Assembly (NCBI GenBank): GCA_951406725.2
Contig: OX597827.1
Coordinates: 5,580,001-5,644,000 of the forward strand
Source of the DNA: Octopus vulgaris
Lineage: Eukaryota
DNA: 64,000 nucleotides
Direction of reading: 5' to 3'
Shown here: positions 14,087-27,655 of the stretch, piece after piece
Numbering within the stretch: position 1 is the stretch's first letter
Layout of the letters: every line of letters begins with the position of its first letter
Translations under genes and position numbers: made by a program
The notes under the pieces: generated by a model
Seen by the model: the letters and a program-made list of their open reading frames with translations, nothing else
Told to the model about the DNA's origin: nothing
Databases searched by the model: none

Positions 14087-14900
14087 TTCAATAAATAAAG
14101 TACACTTAGTTGCAAGCATTTGAGCCAAATAAATGATTTGAAAATACTCTCCACCCATCTCCTAATAGTTCTGAAGGCCCTTTGAAGGCTACTGCATGTG
14201 CACATCCTTCCCTCTTGTCTGAAAGATAGCAAGAAATACTGTAATGTTAGCAATATGAAAAATTAACTTTACTAGTGCAAATAACCACCACCACCAACAC
14301 CACCATATGAATTACAAATGCAGTCACTTTTGAGAATACAGATCTTTAACTAATTAAATGTAAGGCCTCACATTTTTGAGAAGAGAATAATTAATTGTGA
14401 TGAACTTAATTGTTGATTAGTATATAAATTTATAGACTCCAGAAAGGTGAAATGCAAAGTTGACCTTGACAGTGGTCTGCCAATTTTGCTACGACACTTT
14501 CTCATACCTTTTCCCTTATAATATAGCAGACACAGTCACCAGGCTATAAAGGCTAATACTCAGATAATTTTTATTATCCTTTATCTCTCATCTATCCACA
14601 AAGTAACAAAAAATAACGATAAAAATAAGCAAGGAAGTTTTATGTAATAGACTATACATTAAATAGTACAGTGCCCCAGTGTGGGCATAGACCAAAAACT
14701 GAAGCCAGTAAAAGAATACAATAAAACAATACATGTAAACACACATACACACACACATACACACATAGACGCACAAACACACAAACACACTTACATACAC
14801 ACACATCCAAATATAACATATCTATATGTATATATATGTATGTATATGCATCTATGTCTGTCTCTGTCTCTGTTTGTCTGTCTGTCTCCCTCTCTCTGTC

Positions 14901-14931
<31 letters not shown>

Positions 14932-15195
14932 GTCTCAGTCTATCTGTCTCTCTCTCTATATATATCATCAGTAAATTACAAATCTGAAAGAGGAGCACAC
15001 TCTAAGTTATAGAGCAGTAGAGTATATAGATAAAGGTAGATATGGTTGGTCTATGGGGTTAGCCTGGGTTTCACATCCATAAAGCACTTAGGTTTACAGC
15101 ATCAGACCCATTGGCCTACATGTTTAGGATCTGAAGAAATGTTGTAAAGCTAAGCACTTTATGGACACAAAACACATAGACGTGCCATGCCTATC

Positions 15196-15231
<36 letters not shown>

Positions 15232-15239
15232 CATATATA

Positions 15240-15510
15240 TCATCATCATCATCATCATCATCGTTTAACGTCCGCTTTCCATGCTAGCATGGGTTGGACG
15301 GTTCGACTGGGGTCTGGGAAGCCAGGAGGCTGCACCAGGCTCCAGTCTGATCTGGCAGTGTTTCTACAGCTGGATGCCCTTCCTAACGCCAACCACTCCG
15401 TGAGTGTAGTGGGTGTTTTTTACGTGCCAGGGGAGTCTGGCAGCGGCCACGATCGGTTGGTGCTTTTTACGTGCCACCAGCACGGAAGCAAGTCAAGGCG
15501 GCGCTGGCAT
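15240..15510 (-). mobile_element. RTE-type LINE/SINE 3' end, family C with (ATG)n tail
   Basis: (CAT)n + cgtttaacgtccgctttccatgctagcatggg...ggatgcccttcctaacgccaacc; copies at 15531, 36063, 42265, 60147. Confidence 0.8.
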
Positions 15511-15530
15511 TTATATATATATATATATAC

Positions 15531-15684
15531 ACTTGCGGAGTGGTTGGTGTTAGGAAGGGCATCCAGCCGTAGAAACACTGCCAGATCAGACTGGGCCTGA
15601 TGCAGCCTTCTGGCTTCACAGACCCCAGTTGAACCGTCCAACCCATGCTAGCATGGAAAACGGACGCTAAATGATGATGATGAT
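15531..15684 (+). mobile_element. Family C 3' end, inverted relative to the 15240 copy
   Basis: Reverse complement of ~15255-15404, ends in (ATG)n. Confidence 0.8.
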
Positions 15685-15754
15685 ATATACATACATACAT
15701 ACATATATATACATATAAGTATATTTGAACATGTATTGTGTGTGTATACATATG

Positions 15755-15793
<39 letters not shown>

Positions 15794-15877
15794 ATGATAT
15801 TGTATATATATATTGTGTGTATATATGTATATATATAGATATTATATATACAATTATATATGTTTATATATACAGAT

Positions 15878-15908
<31 letters not shown>

Positions 15909-16381
15909 GAGTTATGTGTTTGGCTCTGTGTATTAAGATAGTGAAAATAGCTTTACACATCAATTAGAAATGAAAGCTAAAAGAAAATTCACATTCAGTG
16001 AGAAATAGATAGACATTTCTAATATAATGCATTAAGGCTAACTTACTTTAAAAAAAAAAAGAAGAAAAATTCAAGATTTTGTCCATAAATTTATTCAGGG
16101 AAGATATCTAATAAAAAGAGAAGCAACGAAAGAACGAAGTGATTTTATTTCAGAAATAGTCAGCAGATAAAGAGCTTTCCATATTTTGTGAGTTTCGGTT
16201 GATTAAAGAGAAAAGTAAAAAAAAACAAAAAAAAAAGTTCTCTAAACAATTTCTTTGTGAAAATATAGAAAAAAAAAAGATCTACGTATATGAGTGCTTG
16301 TCAATGTGCGCATGTATTTTACTAACACTAGCTTATGCAGAAATTTGTATACATACCTACCAATGTTTATATATGTGTGTG

Positions 16382-16525
<144 letters not shown>

Positions 16526-17274
16526 TATATATGTACATACATACATGAATACTATATATATATACTAGATATATGTAGTGGGTGATGAATATATTGGCCT
16601 TTAAGCTATAGAAATTTTTTCTCCCCACCCTTTTTTTTCTTCTTTTTCCGTCTCTTGAATCTTTTTCCATACTAGGCTGAGAAGTTGGCTGATGAAGTCT
16701 TTCAAATGGCGATTTCATTTGAATTTCCATGACAATCCTTGGTGAGGTTCTAAAGTCGATTCTTTCTTCTAAATAGATATTACCAGGCCTTCTCTATAGA
16801 CAATTGAGAATGTTTTCCTTCATCAATACAAAATAATGGACCCATAGAACAAGTACGAATGGCTTTTGTGTATGTAATTGCATGAAATATTTTCCTTCTT
16901 TTCATTAGAACATACAGGAAAGAAACCTTATTCATTTCTCCATTCTCGGTTGTACATTGAATATTATACTAAATAAGTATTTCTGATGGCTGCAAGAGGT
17001 GTTGTGTTTGTATATATTACACAAGTATATATACATATGATGGAATTGTATTTGCATGTGTGTAGCTACATACATACGTGCATGTATGTCATCTATATAT
17101 ATGTGTGTGTGTGTGTGTATGTGTGTACATATATACACACACACACACACACATTTCTGATTTATTTTGTGTATGTACTATATATAACATATAATGCATA
17201 TATTATAATAGATATTCAATAATTTGTGTAAAATATATTGTACATTAAATGATATTGTTCAAACATATATACAA

Positions 17275-17305
<31 letters not shown>

Positions 17306-17403
17306 CACATACACACACATATATACATGTGTGTATTTATATATATACATATATGCATGTATAGACATTTGTCTTTTATATTAGATATTCCTTATATATA
17401 TAT

Positions 17404-17467
<64 letters not shown>

Positions 17468-17663
17468 GAAAATACCAAAATATTTTATAATGTAAATCTT
17501 ACAATATATAAATATGTATATAAAAATAATATACATATGCACATTCCACTCTGTCATTCTATCCACCAGACTCTCTTTCTATGTCACTGTCTCTCTTTTT
17601 CATTCTTTCTTTCTGTGTCTACCTCCATTTCTCTCTGTCTGTCTAATTGTCTCTCATTATACA

Positions 17664-17703
<40 letters not shown>

Positions 17704-17782
17704 CATATATATGTATATATGTGTTATTTATGCTTATGTTTGTACAAATTACATAAATACATACACATGCATGGATGTGTGC

Positions 17783-17830
<48 letters not shown>

Positions 17831-18561
17831 ATATATTATGCATCCATGTCTGTAAGCTTTTATGTATGTATGCACACTCATACACATAAATGTTGATTTG
17901 CAAGAAATAGCATTGCTACAGTTTGCAGATTTTATGCAAGAAGTATTCCATTAAGTTGGGTATTATAAACAGCTAATAATAAAAGTAAATTTTATTTATT
18001 TTTACATTTATTTATAAATGAAGAGTAGAGTAAAGTCTAGAAGTTGTGAATGTGATTTGGACATGGCTCCAAAAGCTAAATGATGTTAGACATTAATATC
18101 ATAATGCATAATATTATATCACTATTAGGTTGTAATGGTTTGCATGTGAAGCTGCTGAAAGAAATATTGTTACAATACTGGAATATCTTGTAATATTCTG
18201 TGATTAATGCATTGCAATTGTTAACTTAGCCATTCTCACTATGCTATTTGTACTATAAAAAGTAACAGTATTGTATTATATGCAAGTTAACAGTGTTGTA
18301 CTGAACAAAGTTATAGTATAGTGATAGACATAAAAATATGAAGAGAGAAAAGTACTCTGCTTGTTCATGTGTGTATTTTTCTAAGCTAATACCATCATCG
18401 TCATTGTTGCCATCATTTTATGTCTGCTCTCATACTGGCATGGGTAGGAAAATTTGACTGGAATTAAAGGGTCAATGGATTATGTCTTCCTCCAAGGTCT
18501 CATATACAGGTACATTTATATATGAGTGTGTGTGTATATATATATATATGTGTGTGTGTGG

Positions 18562-18598
<37 letters not shown>

Positions 18599-18605
18599 TT
18601 TTGAA

Positions 18606-18839
18606 GGCGGCAAGCTGGCAGAAACTTTAGTACACGCCGGGCAAAAGGCATAGCTGTATTTTGTCTGCCGTTACATTCTGAGTTCAAATTGCGCCGAGGT
18701 CGACTTTGCCTTTCATTCTTTTGGGGTGGATTAAATAAGTACCAGTTATGCACTGGGGGTCAATATAATCGACTTAATCCATTTGTCTGTCTTTGTTTGT
18801 CCTCCCTGTGTTTAGCCCCTCGTGGGTAGTAAAGAAATA
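18606..18839 (+). mobile_element. SINE family B
   Basis: Full-length plus-strand copy. Confidence 0.88.
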
Positions 18840-18853
18840 CATATATATATATA

Positions 18854-18884
<31 letters not shown>

Positions 18885-18886
<2 letters not shown>

Positions 18887-19080
18887 TAATATTTTGCGGA
18901 ACCAACAGAGTGACTCAAGATCTGAGAGTTTCGCGCATTACCACTAATCAAACTAATTGCGGGTCCTGTTATTAGTTTGATAAGTGCTGATGCATGAAAC
19001 TCTTGGATCTTGAGTCACTCTGTTGGTTCTGCAAAATATTAATAAAAATATACATAGACTCAATTCGAATTCTACTTTTT
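18885..19080. mobile_element. Hairpin element next to (TA)n (73-bp inverted arms + tail), probably PLE-derived
   Basis: Arms 18885-18957 / 18971-19043, 8 mismatches, 13-nt loop; right arm continues into a unique tail. Confidence 0.65.
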
Positions 19081-19369
19081 CCTGTTTGCATCACCATATC
19101 ATCATCATCATCATTGTCGTCATTATTCAATGTCTGCCTTCCATGCTAGGCATGGGTGCAATGGTTTCACAAGATCCGGCCAGGCAGAGGCCTGCACCAG
19201 ACTTCAGTGACTGTTTGGCAGGATATTCCCAGCTGGATGCCCTTTCTAAAACCAGCCACTCAGCAGAATGGATTTAGTGCTTTTTACATGGCACAAGCAA
19301 AGAATATATATATATATATATATATATTTGATAGATAGATAGATAGATAAATAATCATGTATATAAATA

Positions 19370-19408
<39 letters not shown>

Positions 19409-19411
<3 letters not shown>

Positions 19412-20672
19412 GCTGAGTAAAAAGTAAGCAACCTTTTGAAACATGAAATTCATCACAATATTTTATTCCTCAAAGTAAGAACCATTACATTCAACACATT
19501 TTTGCCAATGAGTTACAAGTTTCTTTATTCTGGTAAAATAAAAATCTGGTGTTTTGGAGCTTATGAACTCTTTGAATGCACTCTCAGCATTGGTTTGAGT
19601 TTTGAACTCCTTCTCTCACAGGAAACCATCAAGATGCTTTGAAAAGTGGTAGTCAATAGGAGAAAAGTCTTGGGAATAAGCTGGGTGGGGAAGAACTTTG
19701 TAGCCAAGTTCCCTCAACTTCTGGATTGTCATTAGTGGAATGTGTGGTTGAATGTTGCCACGAAGAATGATTGGCCCTCTTCTGTTGACCAGTCTGGGAC
19801 AGAGGAATAGCAGTTTGTCGTCCGTTTTGGCAATTTCATGGCAATATGTTTCTGCAATAATGGTTTTTCTGGGTTTTAAGAAGCTATAGTGGCTGAATCC
19901 AGCAGTACACCACTAAACAGTCACCATAACCTTCATTTTGAAGAACTCAGGTTTAGGGAAGGTTTCCGGTGCTTCATTTTGGTCCAACCACTGCAAAGAA
20001 AGTTTTTCATTATTACACAGAATCCACTTTTCATCACAAGTTACGATACAGTCTAGAAATGGATCGGTCTGGTTTCAGAGAAAAAGCGAGAAGCAAATTT
20101 CATATCTGCACATTTTCTGATTTTAATTCAAATCACATGGTTCCTATTTGTCAAGCTTTTTTGATTTTCTGATCACATGCAAATGGTTGCAGGGAAATTT
20201 TCTGACTAACTTAAAGTTCTTTCGTCTATTCTTGAGTGGTTTTAGGTGGATCTTTCTTAATAATGGTTTTTAATTGACCATCATTGATGACAGATGGGCG
20301 TCCACTGCACTCACAATCTTCAAGGCTCAGGTTTCTACTGCAAAATTGTTTAAGCCATCTTCGAGCTGACCACTCGCTATCATTTTCTCACTAAATGTTT
20401 TGTTGATATTGTGAACAGTTTCAGATGCATTGGGGCCTTTTCGAAGGTAAATGATAAAATTGATTGAACATCGTGCTTTGACAGTACCATTTCAGATAAT
20501 TGTAACAATGGTGAAAAAAATATCCTTGTTAATTTATTGATGCATTTGGGCAAGTCTATGTCTGTATTGTCAGACAACTGCAAAAGACATGTTTAAAACA
20601 ATTCAAAACTCTGTAAAAATTTGGTACAAATTCTTTACAGCTCGAAGCGTCTCTTACTTTTTACTCAACCTG
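19409..20672 (-). mobile_element. Full-length but decayed mariner transposon (~1.26 kb)
   Basis: TIRs caggctgagtaaaaagtaag / cttactttttactcaacctg within TA; minus-strand motifs IVTCDEKWIL, GPIILRGNIQPH (from HDNARPH), LPHPAYSQDFSPIDYH (YSPDLAP); stops/frameshifts. Confidence 0.92.
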
Positions 20673-20723
20673 TTATATATGCATGCATGCTTATATATGT
20701 ACATATGTATGTGTGGGTGTGTA

Positions 20724-21060
20724 GGTACAGGCATGGCTGTGTGGTAAAGGACCACGTTTTGCAACCATAGAGTTTTGGGTTCAGTTTTACTTCATGACAT
20801 TTTAGGCAAGTGTCTTCTACTATAGCCCTGGCCAACCAGTGTCTTGAACGTGAATTTGGTAGATGGAAACTGTGTGTATGTATGTATGAGTGTTTCTTTA
20901 CAACTCTGTATCTTTGCAGTTTGGCAGAAGATACTGACAGAATAAAAATCAGACTTGAAAATGAAGTATTGGGGTTTATTTGTTTGACTAAACACTTCAA
21001 CTTGATGTTCTAGCATGGCCACAGTCCAATGACTGAAACAAATAAAAAATAAGAGATAAA
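20724..21060 (+). mobile_element. Diverged SINE family A
   Basis: caggcatggctgtgtggtaa...ggcaagtgtcttctactatag...tgactgaaacaa. Confidence 0.8.
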
Positions 21061-21832
21061 AACACATAAGTATGCATGTATATATTTGCATAAGCATCTT
21101 CGTATGAAACATAACATATCCTTTGTAATAACACAGGAACAAGAAATTTAGTATCTTGATAATTCTAAGACAGTCAACTGTTCAAATGGAGCCGCAATTT
21201 AGCGTCTCATGTATTGTTCTTTTGTTTTCTTAAAGTTAAGTCTGTCAGAAGCTTATTTTGGTACCAAATCAAAAGGAACCATTTTAAATAATTCCTCACT
21301 ACTTAGCATAAATATCACTACAGTGATCATCTGTAAGCTCACCCAGAAGGAATATGTAGGGTATGGTTATCATTTGTAAGATGTGTGCATGAATGATATT
21401 AAAGCAAGTGTTGGTTATGAGTTCATAAAGAAGACAATCTCCCTATGTGAACAATAAGATGTTTGAATCCTCTTAGAGATAAACTGCATTGGTGTATTGG
21501 TTTCCTGTGTTTTGTGTATGTGTTTGTGTGTGTGTGTACAATTATGTGTGTATATATAACTAATTCTCTCACTCTTTTTCGCTCATTCTCATTCACTCAC
21601 TCTTTCTCTCTCTTTCTCTCTCTCTCTCGCTCTCTCTTTCTCTTTCCTTATATAACTATTCATTTTCATTTTCTGTGTTTATCTATCTGTATCTGTGAAC
21701 ATTTCGCAAACACATGCATGCACCCATGCACACACTCATACAGATACATGCATATGTTATATGCGCGTATATACATGTGTGTGTGTATATGTGTATATAT
21801 GTGCATGTATATATATATACATATATACATAC

Positions 21833-21869
<37 letters not shown>

Positions 21870-22244
21870 CATACATATATATATATATGTACATACATAC
21901 ATATATATGTATATAAGTATACATGTGTACATGCATACATGTTTATATGCATACATGCACATATTTGATTATATACTTACAGTAATAGCATCACATCAAG
22001 GAATTCAGAACAACACCACAGCTCTATCAAAACCAAAAAGTGAGACAGAATGATATCTATATATATATATATATACATATATACATATATATATATATAA
22101 CTGAAAAGATTTGGAGTCAACAAGAAAAGAAAAAAAATTTCAGTTATCTATTTACACACGAAGCCCAAACACAGTATGTATAATACTACTACTGTATAGC
22201 ACAGGGGGAAATCTGAAGGTGGACAAACCTTATACATACATACA

Positions 22245-22307
<63 letters not shown>

Positions 22308-22396
22308 TAGATATAGATATATACATATATATATATTTCAAGGTGGTGCTCCAGCATGCCCACGGTCTAATGACTGAAACAAGTAAAAGAATAAAA

Positions 22397-22440
<44 letters not shown>

Positions 22441-22529
22441 TAATAAATAAAATATATGCATACATACATACATATATGTACGTACCTACATCTACATGTA
22501 TATATACATGCATATATAAGTATATATAT

Positions 22530-22667
22530 GTGAGTACAGGACACCACAAATAGACGTAGAACTCAACGAGAAACGAAAACGTAAAAACAAACATGGAAAC
22601 GGACTTTTTTAACAACGAAAAAACAGAGTACAAGATAAACAATACAAGGAAAATTCCCCTTCATCAG
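22530..22667 (-). repeat. Short insertion within (TA)n, probable PLE-derived fragment
   Basis: Unique ~135 bp between TA tracts; minus strand has CTGATGA followed by a small stem but no GAAA. Confidence 0.45.
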
Positions 22668-22684
22668 CTGTCCCTAGTACGACT

Positions 22685-22750
<66 letters not shown>

Positions 22751-22901
22751 TTCTCAAGTTTTGGCTTTGCTTGAAGCATGGTATTGTTCTGACTTGATGT
22801 GATGCTTTGTTATTTATATGCCCTGTGAAATTTGATCAGTTGCATAATGGTGAAAAGTGTATATATTTAGGGCTCCAACATAAAGTATTGTATTTATAAT
22901 T

Positions 22902-22990
22902 GAACACTGATGAGGTGAAATGCACGATTGTATAATGTCTCCACTTGTTGTATAATTACTTCAGCGTTTTGCTGAAACACGTGAATGTCC
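22902..22990 (+). ncRNA. Degenerate type I hammerhead ribozyme (PLE type)
   Basis: gaaca-CTGATGA-ggtgaaatgc...gcgttttgct-GAA-ACACGTGA-A-tgtcc; 10-bp stem II (with G:U), near-palindromic stem III, U16.1 mutated. Confidence 0.55.
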
Positions 22991-23249
22991 TATAAAGCTT
23001 TGAATTCCACACCAGTTTTTTTTTGCTTATTTTACCCTTTTTCTCATATTTGGCTTGTTCTCCATGCTCTTACCTATCCCAAGTTTGGTGCCCTACATAT
23101 TCACTATACAGGATACCAGAATTGGTGGCGCCCTTAACTGAGCCTGATTTAGTTACCTGTTGCACACTTTACTGTGTTTCTGTTTTATATACATAAATAC
23201 ATACATACATATATACATCAGTCTATTTAGCTATCAATCAATCAATCTA

Positions 23250-23289
<40 letters not shown>

Positions 23290-23496
23290 TCTAACTGTCT
23301 GTTTGTCTATCTGTCTGTCTGTCTGTCTCTGTCTCTGTCTATCTATCTATCAATCTGTCTATACTAACTTGTACTTTAATACTCACACACACACATATAG
23401 TGCTTTTATATATGATTGTGTGAGTAAGGGTATGTGTACATATGTGTGTGCGTATGTGTGTGTGTATGTGTGTGTGTGTATGTGTTTGTGTGTGTG

Positions 23497-23703
23497 TGTG
23501 TTTGTCCCCCTAGCATCACTGGACAAGCGATGGTGGTGTGTTTACATCCCCTTAATTTAGCGGTTTGGCAAAAGAGACCGATAGAATAAGTACTAGGCTT
23601 ACAAAGAATAAGTCCTGGGGTCAATTTGCTCGACTAAAGGTGATGCTCCAGCATGGCCGCAGTCAAATGACTGAAACAAGTAAAAGTGTAAATAAGTAAA
23701 AGA
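23497..23703 (+). mobile_element. SINE family A 3' half
   Basis: tgtttgtccccctagc...tgactgaaacaagtaaaag. Confidence 0.85.
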
Positions 23704-24083
23704 GATATATATTTCTAGAATATGAAAAAAAGGTGTTGGTAAAATATGATAATTTGAAACAGATTTTGAGCTTCATAAAAGCCTTACATATTTATCACCA
23801 CATTGTTTCTAAATTAGACTCAAGATCAAAAAATTGATTGATGCCTAATTTATCCATCCTGGAGGAATAATATGCAAATTCGATTGTGGCAGAATTTTAA
23901 CACAGAATGTAATGAGCTGCAGCTAAATACTGCAAGGTACAAGCCATTTTATCTCATGTTCTAATGATCTAATCAATCTATTGTCTCGATTCTCAAAATC
24001 ATAAAATGAAAAATTATATAAATTGCATTGCACAGGATATATGGATAATTCAACTGCATAATAGGTAAACCTAAAAATTTCTT

Positions 24084-24567
24084 ATTTCTTTATTGCCCAC
24101 AAGGGGCTAAACATAGAGGGGACAAACAAGGACAGACAAAGGGATTAAGTCGATTACATCGACCCCAGTGCGTAACTGGTACTTAATTTATCGACCCCGA
24201 AAGGATGAAAGGCAAAGTCGACCTCGGCGGAATTTGAACTCAGAACGTAGCGGCAGACGAAATACGGCTACGCATTTCGCCTGGCGTGCTAACAATTCTG
24301 CCAGTTCGCCGCCTTAACAAACCTAACAATTTCTTTTTTCTTTATTGCCCACAAGGGGCTGAACATAGAGGGGACAAACAAGGACAGACAAAGGGATTAA
24401 GTCGATTACATCGACCCCAGTGCGTAACTGGTACTTAATTTATCGACCCCGAAAGGATGAAAGGCAAAGTTGACCTCGGTGGAATTTGAACTCAGAACGT
24501 AGCGGCAGACGAAATACGACTACGCATTTCGCCCGGCGTGCTAACAATTCTGCCAGTTCGCTGCCTT
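24084..24567 (-). mobile_element. Tandem dimer of SINE family B
   Basis: Two near-identical copies (24084-24315, 24336-24567) separated and flanked by aaacctaa(a/c)aatttctt. Confidence 0.92.
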
Positions 24568-24809
24568 AACAAACCTAACAATTTCTTTTTTCTAGCTGAG
24601 GCTAGGTATCTTTGAATAAATTTAAACAAATGCTTGTTCTTATCTCTTCCGCTGACAGAAAGAATGGCATTAACTTGACTTGATCTTGGCCCTAGTTGGG
24701 TTCATTTTCAGAAGTCAAACACTTATGGTCAGAATAAGCAGTTGCATATCCTTTCAACTGTGAGTTCAAAAATGAGTTTCAAGGTCTTGAGATATTGATA
24801 TCAGATTAA

Positions 24810-25034
24810 CCCTTTAGTTACCATATTTCTGTTGAGATGCTCTGTGTTTCTTTTAATTTATTTAAAATATAACAGAGAATTTAGTAAATTGACTTTAGTT
24901 ATCATTGAACTAGTGTTAGGAGCATAAATTGTGACTAAGGTTTGGTGACTCAAGTTTGGTTTCAGAAATTTTGAAAACAAGACATTTGTACTATAGAGTC
25001 TGAGGCGATTTTATGTGGGTTGGTATCAAAAGGG
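24810..25034. mobile_element. piggyBac-type MITE (225 bp)
   Basis: TTAA both sides (24806-09, 25035-38); TIR ccctttagttacca / tggtatcaaaaggg. Confidence 0.82.
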
Positions 25035-25109
25035 TTAAAGGCAATCTAGACAACACATCCAATCTAAATTGGATGTGCTAATTATTATTAGTATTATTAA
25101 CATACGTGT

Positions 25110-25345
25110 AGAGGTGCATAGCATAGTGGTTAGAGTGTTGGACTCATAATTGTAAGAATTTGGCATTGGTTTCTAGACCAGGTGATACATTGTATTATTT
25201 GAGCAAGACATTCCCTTCATACCATTCCAGTCTACACAGCTGGTAAAAATTAGTAATCCCGCGATGGACCGGCATCTTATCCAGTGAGGAATATATATTC
25301 CAGAGAAACCAGAAACTGTTCCTATGCTCCTTATGGGGTAATGTG
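25110..25345 (+). mobile_element. SINE family D (diverged)
   Basis: tagcatagtggttagagtgttggactc...tgagcaagacatt. Confidence 0.65.
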
Positions 25346-25894
25346 GACTAGCCATTATTATAATGTGTGTGTGTGTGTGTTCCCATTATTATAATGTGTG
25401 TGTTTGTATGTATATATGTATATATATGTACACACACACACACACACACACATATCAATATTATCATTTTAATATTCACTTTTCCATTCTCACATAGGTT
25501 GAGCAAAAGTTATAAAGGAAGATTTTCTATCTCCAAATGCCTTTGTTCTCACTATCATTCTCCTGTTTCCAAGTAAGATAATATGTCCCCGTGGCTAGAC
25601 ATGTTTTCATTGGAAATTGGCAATGCCAGTTCATATGTTTTCAACATATAAGGAGATTATTGGAAAAACAAATTTTAATCTTGCATGATGGTGGCACTTG
25701 CTTATAACCATTACATGATGTCAACACAAGGTGACAGTAACACACACATATTTATATATGTATATGTGTGCATGCATGCATGCATGTGTGTGTGTGTATG
25801 ATGAGCTTCTTGCAGTTTCCATCAAACAAATCTCTTCACAAAGCCTTAGTTGAAGACACTTGCCGAGGATACGACACAGTTGGAATGACTGAAA

Positions 25895-26440
25895 CCATTG
25901 TGATTGTTAATCCAAAGCATTTAAAGAACTTGTATAATTTTTTCTTTAGTAGTTCAAGAATCCTACTGGAGGTGTTTTTAAGGATAAATAGCGCATCGTC
26001 TCTGTAAAGGCCTCCTCTAATCTCTGGGAATTCTTTGTGTAAATGAGATAGTAGATATCCACCAAATCAGATACCTGTACTGAGTGCAGGTCCCCCATAG
26101 CGATTGTTCTTTTTTACCTATAGTTTGTTATCGAATTTTATTGTGGATTTCCTAGCTTCTATGATTACCTTAATTACATTCATTACCAATTTGTTATGTT
26201 TTTTTAGCAAAAATCAGAGTACTATTTCGAATCGTAGGGTTGATTGATGAGTAGTAGTTCTCTATGGTTATTTGTTTTATTCTGTACATTGCAGAACCAA
26301 TTAAGGGTGTTGTGGTATTTGACCATAATTCTAGAGTGATTTTTTTAATAGTAGGAATATATTTATCTAAGATTAATTTACTTAGCTTACATAGATCGGA
26401 TTTATTAGGGCAGATTAGTCTAACTTTCATGTTTACGTTT
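25895..26440 (-). pseudogene. Penelope-like element (PLE) reverse transcriptase relic
   Basis: Minus strand: VRLICPNKSDLCKLSKLILDK...IENYYSSI...IRGGLYRDDALFILKN; the RLINPxKS-like and GLYRDD motifs are characteristic of PLE RTs; frameshifted. Confidence 0.75.
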
Positions 26441-27097
26441 ACATAAAGATAAATTCTTATTCTCTAAATACTACTAATACCTACATTACAGGTTACTAGC
26501 TGACCTGCCTAACATCTAATTACCTCCCCTAACCCTCCCCCTTACTACAGAGCATGATTTAACGTCACATATCAATTAAATTAAACTACCCTGATTAACT
26601 GAATTATCTATCTTAAGTCTATTTTGTACACCTGGACATATAATTCTCTGTAATATATTCACTTTAAAGTTAGATTGCTGACTAACATACCAATTGCTAG
26701 GGTGGCCACTAACATAAACGTGATTAAATAAGCAATTTAGCCTATGCTACCTGACTGAATTGGTTTTTAATTATATTAATGTGTAGATAGCCCTCACCAC
26801 ACATAACATGTTATTTATATTTTTATATTTTTCTTATACCTTTTACGTAACCCAAATTTATACATTATATCACACTAACTTTTTAAAAGTATCCTCAGTT
26901 TTTCACAAGGGCATTATTTGTAATCATAAGGACTTATCTAGCAGTCGCAAACAGCGTTATTTATTACAATTAACAACACCGGATATTACTACCAAGTATA
27001 ACTCCTTTGACTATCACACTAGTCAACAACTCATTTCCCCCACTAATTGCTCCATTCATCTAATTGTAGAAATGTACACACACAAGGAACCTAAAAG

Positions 27098-27655
27098 GGC
27101 ACATCTGATGCTTCTTAGGTCCAACTTTTCTCTCAAGGTACTTACACTCTGTTGAGCAGTGCTTTTTCAAACTTTTTGCTGGAGCGGAACCCCAAGGAAA
27201 GATTCCACTGGCTCGAGGAACCCCTGGGCAATAATTTAATAGTCTTATGCACACATATCCGCACAGGAGACTTAAAAATTACTGCCGATTTTAGCAGTTT
27301 TGTAACTTCTTGCAGAACCCCTGGACTGTGCTGGCGGAACCCTAAGGTTCCGCGGAACCCTGGTTGAAAACCACTGCTGTTGAGTATGCACACTGACATT
27401 ACACATCCATCGGAGCATACTGGCTTCATTCCTTGTGAGCTCACACATGTCCTCAGCAGTGACAGCACATGTTTCACTGCCATGTAGCATGGCTGTTTGT
27501 ACACATGCGTCATAGAGTCTACCTTTTACCCTGAGTGAGAGGCCCTTTGTTGCCAGAAGAGGTAAGATTTCTCTGAACTTTGCCCAGGCTATTCTTATTC
27601 TAGCAGCTACACTTTCAGCGCACCCTCCCCTGCTACTGACTTGGTCATCTAGATA
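27098..27655 (-). pseudogene. RTE-clade LINE reverse transcriptase fragment interrupted by a hAT MITE
   Basis: ARIRIAWAKFRE...KGRLY...MLHGSETCAV...EASMLRWMCNVSVH, continuing TQQSVSTLREKLDLRSIRC beyond the MITE. Confidence 0.85.
27157..27376. mobile_element. hAT (Charlie-like) MITE, 220 bp
   Basis: Exact 8-bp TSD CTGTTGAG (27149-56, 27377-84); TIR cagtgctttttcaa / ttgaaaaccactg; internal ggaaccc repeats. Confidence 0.92.

Noticed and set aside
22630-22667. CTGATGA plus small stem on minus strand as a hammerhead
   Set aside because: No GAAA after stem II and no stem I/III; at most a fragment
24067-24587. CRISPR-like repeat-spacer pattern
   Set aside because: Eukaryotic context; the 'spacers' are identical SINE copies and there are no cas genes
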